DNA of 13,646 bases. Origin: Myxococcota bacterium. GTDB taxonomy: Bacteria > Myxococcota_A > Bradymonadia > UBA7976 > UBA1532. The DNA lies in contig JAYZEG010000017.1 of the NCBI GenBank assembly GCA_036337435.1, positions 1 to 13,646 on the forward strand, in the 5' to 3' direction. Position 1 is the first letter of the stretch. Each line of letters opens with the position of its first letter. Both the position numbers and the translations under genes were made by a program. Below the pieces are notes generated by a model. It had not been told where the DNA came from, ran no database searches, and was given only the letters and a program-made list of their open reading frames with translations. Of the stretch, positions 7,591 to 13,646 are shown in pieces.

Positions 7591-8321
7591 AGGGAGAGGC
7601 GCTTGAAGACCCGTTCTGGGATGTTGCGAATAATGAGCATGATGCCCTGCCAGAAACGGGGCAAATACACATCGTCACTGCCTGATTCCTGGTGTTTTAC
7701 GATGGCATGACTAATACCGTTTGGAGGGGCGATGGGGATACCCGTTTTCATCCCGAAGGTCATTCGTGTATCAACGAAGCCTAAGCGGACTGTCATGACC
7801 TGTACATTGTGTTTGCAAAGGCGGTTTCTGAGCCCTTGAAGATAGAGAGTAAACGCCCCCTTAGCACTCCCGTAGATGTAGTTACTCTGTCGTCCGCGAT
7901 CGCCAGCGACCGATGTGATGCCAATGATCACCCCCCGGGTGCGAGCTTCCATCTTGCTCGCGATGGCTTCGCAAATTGACGCAGCCCCCGTGTAGTTGAT
8001 GTCGATGACGGCTTTTGCAGACGGGAAATGCTTTTGACTTTGAGCCTGTTCGCCCATTTCACCAAATGCGACGAGGGCCACCTCAATGGGTCCGTAGTCA
8101 ATTTCAATGGCCTCGACAAAAGCGGCATGCGAAGCGAAGTCGCATGCATCAAAGGCAGCACCGACTGCGGGCACGTCATGACGGATGGAGATGTCTTGGG
8201 CAAGGGATGAAGCTTCGGCATTATCCCTAGCCGTGAGAACAATTGAATGGCCCAGTTCTGCATAACGGTGTGCTACCTGGTACGCTATCGGGGACGTGGC
8301 ACCAAGAATCAGTACGCTCAT
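7587..8321 (-). CDS. Short-chain dehydrogenase/reductase, DprE2-like (decaprenylphospho-2-keto-pentose reductase family)
   Basis: Start ATG at 8321 overlaps the upstream stop as ATGA. VLILGATSPIA dinucleotide-binding motif, SVAGDRGRQSNYIYGSAKG (YxxxK), LQGLRNRL, GFVDTRMT, IIRNIPERVFKRL. Directly downstream of the DprE1-like gene. Confidence 0.88.
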   Translation of the reverse strand: MSVLILGATSPIAYQVAHRYAELGHSIVLTARDNAEASSLAQDISIRHDVPAVGAAFDACDFASHAAFVEAIEIDYGPIEVALVAFGEMGEQAQSQKHFPSAKAVIDINYTGAASICEAIASKMEARTRGVIIGITSVAGDRGRQSNYIYGSAKGAFTLYLQGLRNRLCKHNVQVMTVRLGFVDTRMTFGMKTGIPIAPPNGISHAIVKHQESGSDDVYLPRFWQGIMLIIRNIPERVFKRLSL

Positions 8322-9691
8322 TGCGCTTCTCCCACAAGTCCCAATCGGCGGCCTAACTCTGACTGAAAGACATGGTTCGGATCCCATCGGTCACGCACAG
8401 CTTTCCAAGCCTCCCAGTTTGGATACATCACGCGAAATTGGGCCTTAGAGATTCGTGCATCTTTGCCCAAATAGACGCGTCCTCCGGCCTCAGCGACAAT
8501 CGCATCCAAACGGTCCATCATCTCCAATAGGCCGGAGCCTGTATTGGGGAAGTCCAAAGCCAATGTAATCCCAGGGGCGGGGAAGGACAGGCCGCCATGG
8601 ACTGCATTTCCGAATTCTTTAATGACCGAAAGGAAAGAGGCGAGACCGGCGTCGGTTACTGTCTTTAGAACCGCTTTTACCGCCCGGTTTTCTGGTTCAT
8701 GGGGCACCACCAACTGATACTGAAGCATGCCACGTTTCCCGTAGATGCGATTCCAGTTCTGCACAAAGTCCAAGGGAAAAAAGAATGGCTCATAGTGGAC
8801 ATTGGCTGCGCGCTTACCCTTTGGATGTTTTCTAAAGTACGCGACATTGAAAGCGCGCATCGTTGCACCGTTCATGAGCCAGTTGGGTCCGTTAATTGGC
8901 ACCTTCATAAATGGTGACAGTTTATTGGCTAGCTTTCCCAGAAGGCCGACCTGTTCCTTTGTGCCGGCGGGTGCATGTCGCCCTCGCATGTAGATGCCGC
9001 GTCCCATTGCTGAGCCCTTAGTGACCGAATCGATCCAGCTAACCGTGTGGGTATAATGAGAGCTTTCAGAGTTGACCGAAAAAAAGTGGTCTAGGTTTTC
9101 GACCCGTATGGACTCCATCTCAATCAAAGCTGATTCAATGGGGCATAGCTTGAGATCGAGCGCCAAGATGATCCCGGTTAGACCAAGACCTCCGACTGTT
9201 GCCCAGAACAGATCAGGCTCCGTCTCGGCATCACAACGAACAATTTCGCCAGTCGCGGTCAAAATATCGACGTTGCGGACATGGTCGGAGAAGCTTCCAT
9301 CTACGTGGTGATTCTTTCCATGGATATCATTTGCAAGTGCGCCACCAAGCGTAACGTATTGGGTCCCTGGCACAACGGGTGGAAAGTAACCCCGACCAAC
9401 AAAAATTTCGTTGAGTTCCTTAATTGAGACGCCGGCCTCGCACCGAACCCAACCGGTGACGGGGTCGAATTCAAGGAGTCTGTTTAGGCGTCGCGTAAGG
9501 ACGGCCTTTCCGTTTGAGATCAGTGCCGCATCACCGTAGCTGCGCCCATGGCCGTAGGCAAGCATGGATGAGTCGCCCCGGTCCTTGAGGGCGGAAGCCA
9601 GGTCTTTTGGTCGTTCGGCCCTCGTGGCAAGACAGGACGACGTTGGGTATCGACCCCAGCCTGCTAACGTTTGTTCAGCCCATCTCTCCAT
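8318..9691 (-). CDS. FAD-linked oxidoreductase, DprE1-like (decaprenylphosphoryl-beta-D-ribose 2'-oxidase family)
   Basis: ATG at 9691 with GGGAG 8 nt upstream. Motifs GWGR, GHGRSYGDAA, VVPGTQYVTLGGALANDIHGKNHHVDGSF, FWATVGGLGLTGII, FFFPLD, GGRVYLGKDAR, MYP, DP..VFQSELGRRL. Confidence 0.9.
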   Translation of the reverse strand: MERWAEQTLAGWGRYPTSSCLATRAERPKDLASALKDRGDSSMLAYGHGRSYGDAALISNGKAVLTRRLNRLLEFDPVTGWVRCEAGVSIKELNEIFVGRGYFPPVVPGTQYVTLGGALANDIHGKNHHVDGSFSDHVRNVDILTATGEIVRCDAETEPDLFWATVGGLGLTGIILALDLKLCPIESALIEMESIRVENLDHFFSVNSESSHYTHTVSWIDSVTKGSAMGRGIYMRGRHAPAGTKEQVGLLGKLANKLSPFMKVPINGPNWLMNGATMRAFNVAYFRKHPKGKRAANVHYEPFFFPLDFVQNWNRIYGKRGMLQYQLVVPHEPENRAVKAVLKTVTDAGLASFLSVIKEFGNAVHGGLSFPAPGITLALDFPNTGSGLLEMMDRLDAIVAEAGGRVYLGKDARISKAQFRVMYPNWEAWKAVRDRWDPNHVFQSELGRRLGLVGEAQ

Positions 9692-9793
9692 CAAATCTGC
9701 TCCCGGTCCTTCCTACGCTGGCGCGGTCGGAAAAAACAATTATCACTGTGGTATTTCGTGCCAACACGCCAATCAATCGACAATGCCATGTGT

Positions 9794-11050
9794 TCACGAC
9801 TGCTCTTCGTGGTCAGGAGCAAAGTCGTAACTGGTATCGGTATCACCCAGTGCTGGCTCGGTCCGCATTGTCTCGACAACCGAGCTTTTGCCCTTTGGTG
9901 AGCCGATGATTGAACGGCTGCTTTTGGTATTGATACTGGCTCCGGTCGTCTGGTTGCCTAGGACTTGATTGCCTACTTCACCCAACGCCCGACCACGCTC
10001 TGAAAATGGCTTCAGGTCAACGCCAGTAGGCAGTGTAATGCTCTCTATTTCGAATCGATTTAGATTCAGACCGATCTGAGCGAGCCGGGTTTTTAAACGA
10101 GGTGCTGAGATTCGTCTCATCTGATCGATGTCTTCAATGAAACAACCTAGGTCGCCCTCGATATCGTTTAGGATTTCAACCAAGACCGTTTGAAAATGCG
10201 CGCCAATCAACCGCTTCAACCGTGCGGTCGCCTCTCTATCATCGACAAGGCCGTGGCAGTTGAAGCGCCGATGGATAAGCTCTGGGTCAGCAATTGAAAG
10301 TACGCAGCGTCCGTACGGCATAAAGTGGAACGGGCCGTGCGCGTCAGTTTCAACCAAAAGCCCCTCTGGACATCCCCATCGGAGTATTCTGCTTGCTGCG
10401 GTTTTCACGAATACAAAGTGGGGGCGAACCGCGTCGCCGGTCCATCCGCTGACCTCAGTGTAGTGGGGCAAACCTTTTGGATTAAACCGATGACTTCCGG
10501 CCTCGAGTACGTCAGTCACTTGCCCTTCGTGGACGATCAGGAGTGCCTGCCCTTCATACAAGTGAACCAGGGCGTTCGGCTTGATGGGAAAGTTGTCATA
10601 GGGGAAGGCCCAAAAGTAGTTTGGATTTTTGTGGTCATCCCAAGCCACATAGTCGATGGTCAGATCATTCAGCCAGGTTTTGAGATCCTGGTTGTCGTCT
10701 TGAAGAGTTTCTAGCCCGTCTAGAGCAGCGTCTTCGCTCAAACCTAGGCTGCGCGCAATACCGACGAGTTTTTCGCGACTCGAGGGCGTCTCTCCAATCA
10801 GGCGAATCAGCCTTTGGCTGGCTTCAAGGAAGATCCGTTTCAACCAGAGAGTGTCGATTTCGCGAGTATAGGTTTCGGCTTTAAATGGGACTGCAGCGAC
10901 GGGACTCAACTCGAGGTCTGGCTGGTATGACTCGATAAGTGTCCGGAGTTGCCTGTAGTCGGCACTCTTTTCATTGGGCTCATCTATGATTTCGAGTAGC
11001 CCTTTGAAGAAGGGGACTCCGGTTTCATAGCTTAGTGGATGTATTGGCAC
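9794..11050 (-). CDS. Divergent SPFH/Band-7 (YdjI/Band_7_1-like) domain protein with helical N-terminal extension; start uncertain
   Basis: WAFP..IKPNALVHLYEGQALLIVHEGQVTDVLEAGSHRF...LP...GW...FVFV...RWG.P...D..G...YGRCVLSIADP...IGLNLNRFEIESITLP follows the YdjI-type SPFH pattern. GTG at 11050 has GAGGGAG 6 nt upstream. Alternatives are TTG at 11086 or a frameshifted ATG at 11174. Confidence 0.7.
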   Translation of the reverse strand: MPIHPLSYETGVPFFKGLLEIIDEPNEKSADYRQLRTLIESYQPDLELSPVAAVPFKAETYTREIDTLWLKRIFLEASQRLIRLIGETPSSREKLVGIARSLGLSEDAALDGLETLQDDNQDLKTWLNDLTIDYVAWDDHKNPNYFWAFPYDNFPIKPNALVHLYEGQALLIVHEGQVTDVLEAGSHRFNPKGLPHYTEVSGWTGDAVRPHFVFVKTAASRILRWGCPEGLLVETDAHGPFHFMPYGRCVLSIADPELIHRRFNCHGLVDDREATARLKRLIGAHFQTVLVEILNDIEGDLGCFIEDIDQMRRISAPRLKTRLAQIGLNLNRFEIESITLPTGVDLKPFSERGRALGEVGNQVLGNQTTGASINTKSSRSIIGSPKGKSSVVETMRTEPALGDTDTSYDFAPDHEEQS

Positions 11051-11211
11051 TCGCTGCTCCCTCGACACTCGGCCTTTTTGCAACAACTGAATCTTTTTTT
11101 AAAGTCAATTCATCAAAGCGACGCTGTTGTTGGGCCCAGGTTGGCATTTCTTGGGAAGTAACGAATTGATCCATGGTAAACTGACTAAATGGAATTTAAG
11201 AGACCGAGAAT

Positions 11212-12783
11212 TTGAACAGATTGTCCTTAATTTTTGTCCTCGGTGCCTCTTTGCTGGCTGGGTGTGAGGGGAGTCCCCAAGCAAGCTCGGACGAGGGCAT
11301 GGGTGACGCAGCGACAGCTTCAGCCCCCATGGCGGCCTTTGATAGCTCACAGCGCGACATGCCCGACTTTTCCGATGGCCTGGGGCCTGATGGGGCGCTC
11401 TCAGTCGATGGGGGGGTGGACGTATCTACGGTTGAGTTTGGGGTCACTGACATCGGTGTGCCTGACGCTGCTCTAGATGGAGGGTCTGATGTTGGGCTAC
11501 CCGACCTTGTGCTTTTGCAGGAGAGCCTCCTGTCGGATGTCTGGCTTGATGAGATCTTTGTGACGGAGGACAGTTGCGTTTTTTTGGAGGGATGCGTTGC
11601 TGGGGTCGGCATGAGACGTTTGTTGCGATTTGCCGTTGCAACAGCGAATATCGGTGATGTTGACTTGGAAATGGGTCGACCGGCCGATAGTCCTGACTTA
11701 TTCGAGTACAGCGGTTGCCACGAGCATTTTCACTTTGATGGCTACGCAGATTACAATCTCGCGTCTGCTGATGGTGAGGTTGCTCGGGGTCACAAACAAG
11801 CCTTCTGCTTAATGGATACGGATCGATACTGGACCGATGATGAGAGTGTGCCTGACCTTGAGCGCTATTCCTGTGGTTATCAAGGGATTACCCGTGGCTG
11901 GGCTGACACGTATGGCAGTCATCTGGACTGCCAGTGGATTGACGTGACCGGCGTGGCCCCTGGCGATTATCGTCTACATGTAGCGATAAATGAGGCCCGC
12001 CGAATTGTTGAGAAGACATACGATAATAATGACCATTCTGTTGAAATGACGGTGTCCGCATTTGATTTGGCGGGCGAGTGCCAGCCCAATGCCCGAACAG
12101 GGACGCGCCGCAGTTGCGGTTGGACCCCTAGGTTTACAGAGGCCTGTCGTGCTGGTGACTTGGTTGAGGTTGGGTGTGGAGGTTGCTCCGGTTTTGGTGC
12201 CCCCTGTGGTGGAAACCCGATGCTTCGCGTGTGCGACGGGGATGGGACGCAGTGTCTACCAAGCACTGCGTTGGCTGAAAACGATGATGCCTGCGATGAT
12301 AGCCTGTGCCCTCATGTCGAATTTATGTGCCCCGATTCAGGCCTGTTCACCGTTTGGACGGGCCAGCACGACATCGCTGTGCCGGCCGACTGTTCACCCT
12401 CGGTCCGAAGTGGGCCGCCCGTGGTTACACGCGATTGCGCAGAGTTGACCCCCAGAGGCTTCGAACGAACGTGCGGCTGGTTGGAGGCCATTGCGGATTT
12501 TGAGTGTCGCCCCGGGTTTGTGTTTAGAGTGGGTTGCAATCCGGGTAATGGGGCCTGCAATGTCGGCGGCCTTTGCAATGGCGACCCCATGCTCAGGGTA
12601 TGTTCAGGGTCCGACCCATGCTTGGCAGCACAGGCGGTCGTTCAAAATGATGATGGTTGTGGCACGCAGTGTCCGTCGACTGAATTTGAGTGTCCCTTGT
12701 CAGGTCGTGTCAGTGTTTACACTGCGCCCTACCGTCATGGTCAGCTGTACTCATGCGAGGTTGGCATAGAGGGATTGGACTAG
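11212..12783 (+). CDS. Lipoprotein lysyl oxidase (LOX)-family copper amine oxidase with two C-terminal 12-Cys repeats
   Basis: MNRLSLIFVLGASLLAG-C lipobox and acidic linker. LOX motifs LPDLV, RRLLRF...NIG, YSGCHEHFH (H170/H172/H174), GHKQAFCLMD (K195), QGITRGWADTY (Y234), DCQWIDVTGVAPGDYRL, IN..R.IVE..YDNN. Confidence 0.92.
   Translation: MNRLSLIFVLGASLLAGCEGSPQASSDEGMGDAATASAPMAAFDSSQRDMPDFSDGLGPDGALSVDGGVDVSTVEFGVTDIGVPDAALDGGSDVGLPDLVLLQESLLSDVWLDEIFVTEDSCVFLEGCVAGVGMRRLLRFAVATANIGDVDLEMGRPADSPDLFEYSGCHEHFHFDGYADYNLASADGEVARGHKQAFCLMDTDRYWTDDESVPDLERYSCGYQGITRGWADTYGSHLDCQWIDVTGVAPGDYRLHVAINEARRIVEKTYDNNDHSVEMTVSAFDLAGECQPNARTGTRRSCGWTPRFTEACRAGDLVEVGCGGCSGFGAPCGGNPMLRVCDGDGTQCLPSTALAENDDACDDSLCPHVEFMCPDSGLFTVWTGQHDIAVPADCSPSVRSGPPVVTRDCAELTPRGFERTCGWLEAIADFECRPGFVFRVGCNPGNGACNVGGLCNGDPMLRVCSGSDPCLAAQAVVQNDDGCGTQCPSTEFECPLSGRVSVYTAPYRHGQLYSCEVGIEGLD
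12079..12768 (+). repeat. Two tandem ~110-aa Cys-rich protein repeats (12 Cys each)
   Basis: aa 290-398 and 409-519 share C..G..R.CGW...C..G....VGC...C...C.G[ND]PMLRVC.G...CL...A...NDD.C...CP..EF.CP.SG...V[WY]T...C. Confidence 0.9.
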
Positions 12784-12795
12784 TCTGTTTCCGGC

Positions 12796-12824
12796 TTGAC
12801 CGATTGCCTCCGCTGATTTATGTT
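12796..12824 (+). promoter_or_regulatory. Sigma70-type promoter of tRNA-Leu
   Basis: TTGACC (12796-12801), 17-nt spacer, TATGTT (12819-12824), followed by a GC-rich discriminator TCGCCAGC just upstream of the tRNA. Confidence 0.7.
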
Positions 12825-12835
12825 TCGCCAGCAGC

Positions 12836-12919
12836 GCCGGGATGGCGAAATTGGTAGACGCACCAGACTCAAAATCTGGCGCCCGCAAGGGCGTGCCGGT
12901 TCGACTCCGGCTCCCGGTA
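12836..12919 (+). tRNA. tRNA-Leu(CAA)
   Basis: Acceptor stem GCCGGGA/TCCCGGT with discriminator A. D-loop contains TTGGTAGAC. Anticodon stem CCAGA/TCTGG with loop CTCAAAA (CAA at 12870-12872). Long variable arm GCCC-GCAA-GGGC. T-arm GCCGG-TTCGACT-CCGGC. CCA is not encoded. Confidence 0.97.
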
Positions 12920-12923
12920 CTTT

Positions 12924-12952
12924 AAACACCCTCCTCGAGGGTGTTTTTTTTT
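12924..12952 (+). terminator. Rho-independent terminator after tRNA-Leu
   Basis: AAACACCCTC-CTC-GAGGGTGTTT hairpin running into a T9 tract. Confidence 0.9.
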
Positions 12953-13114
12953 GCCCACCGCGAGCCGCTTTATCTCGTTTCCGCCGAACGAGGGCTCGTT
13001 GAGAGGTCTCCTGCTGTCCTCGGTGTTTTATTCTTGGTTCAGTGTGTCTGTGGGCAAATTCACAAGAAATGTGTACCATTCTTTTGGGGACATTAACTTG
13101 GATTGTACTGGCGC

Positions 13115-13646
13115 ATGGAAACGTTAAACGCCTTCGCGATAGAAGCAGGTCGGGTCTACTTGGAGTTGGCACCATGGCTCTTGCTTGGCGCGATTGTGGC
13201 AGGTTTTCTTCATGTCGCCTTACCTATCGGGTTCGTTCGTCGTAAGCTCGTTGGATTCAAAGGGGTCTTGACAGCTGTCATGGTGGGGCTGCCGCTGCCA
13301 CTTTGTTCGTGCGGTGTTATTCCTGCTGGCCTGGGGCTGAAGAAGGACGGCGCGTCGGACGGCGCAACCGTTGCGTTCATGGTGAGCACGCCGCAGACCG
13401 GTGTTGACTCCGTCGTGGTCAGCGCTGCCTTCCTTGGGTTACCCTTCGCGATTTTTAAGGTTTTTAGTGCAGCTTTGATGGGGTTGTTGGCAGGCGTTCT
13501 CGCTGAGTTTCAGCCAAATACACAACCACCGGTTACGGAGGTCCCCTCAAATGATGCATCCGGGTCTAGGCTGAAAGATGGTTTTGACCATGGTTTGATG
13601 GTGCTCCGTAGCATTTGGGGCTGGGTCGTTTTTGGCGTTCTTTTGT
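13115..13646 (+). CDS. SO_0444-family Cu/Zn efflux-type permease (DUF318/ArsP_1 family), 3'-truncated (not in ORF track)
   Basis: Manual translation from ATG at 13115: METLNAFAIEAGRVYLELAPWLLLGAIVAGFLHVALP...VMVGLPLPLCSCGVIPAGLGLKKDGASDGATVAFMVSTPQTGVDSVVVSAAFLGLPFAIFK... Open to the window end. PLCSCGVIP and TPQTGVDS are family signatures. Confidence 0.88.
   Translation, partial: METLNAFAIEAGRVYLELAPWLLLGAIVAGFLHVALPIGFVRRKLVGFKGVLTAVMVGLPLPLCSCGVIPAGLGLKKDGASDGATVAFMVSTPQTGVDSVVVSAAFLGLPFAIFKVFSAALMGLLAGVLAEFQPNTQPPVTEVPSNDASGSRLKDGFDHGLMVLRSIWGWVVFGVLL

Noticed and set aside
8322..8387. 22-aa extension of the SDR in the ORF track
   Set aside because: It overlaps the DprE1-like C-terminus. 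The ATGA-coupled start at 8321 puts the Rossmann motif at the N-terminus as expected.
9691..9879. 62-aa minus-strand ORF bridging the SPFH and DprE1-like genes
   Set aside because: It overlaps the SPFH 3' end by 86 nt, has no recognisable features, and does not supply the zinc ribbon a frameshifted SPFH tail might have.
12870..12872. Link between tRNA-Leu(CAA) and the several TTG start codons (bldA-like control)
   Set aside because: Start codons are read by initiator tRNA, and TTG is common inside these genes, so it is not a rare codon.
12836..12952. tRNA-Leu as an integration site or genomic-island boundary
   Set aside because: No integrase, no duplicated tRNA 3' end seen in the window, the terminator is intact, and there is no obvious compositional shift.
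12780..13245. Track ORFs 12780-13175(-), 12820-13002(+) and 13042-13245(+)
   Set aside because: They run across the tRNA and terminator or are out of frame with the real permease. Spurious.

Overview
Gene-dense bacterial chromosomal segment with no mobile element or CRISPR array. A MYXO-CTERM-like tail, Cys-rich and acidic lipoproteins and a lysyl oxidase suggest a Myxococcota/Bradymonadia-type deltaproteobacterium (inference). Left to right: (1) a truncated lipoprotein translationally coupled to (2) a secreted protein with FlgD-Ig-like and TSP3 Ca-binding repeats and a MYXO-CTERM-like tail; (3) a divergent probable outer-membrane beta-barrel; (4) a Cys-rich, acidic lipoprotein; (5) an acyl-CoA carboxylase carboxyltransferase (pccB-like); (6) a 42-aa micro-lipoprotein missing from the ORF track; (7) a basic LPP20-like lipoprotein; (8) a DprE1/DprE2-like pair; (9) a divergent SPFH (YdjI/Band_7_1-like) protein with a possible A7 frameshift at its 5' end; (10) a lipoprotein lysyl oxidase with intact Cu/LTQ residues and two 12-Cys repeats; (11) tRNA-Leu(CAA) with promoter and terminator; (12) the 5' part of an SO_0444/DUF318-family metal permease. 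The most notable items are the lipid-anchored lysyl oxidase with its tandem Cys-rich domain near a Cu/Zn-type permease, and the hidden micro-lipoprotein, which may share a helix motif with its divergent neighbour. All family calls come from motifs recognised by eye, not from database searches.
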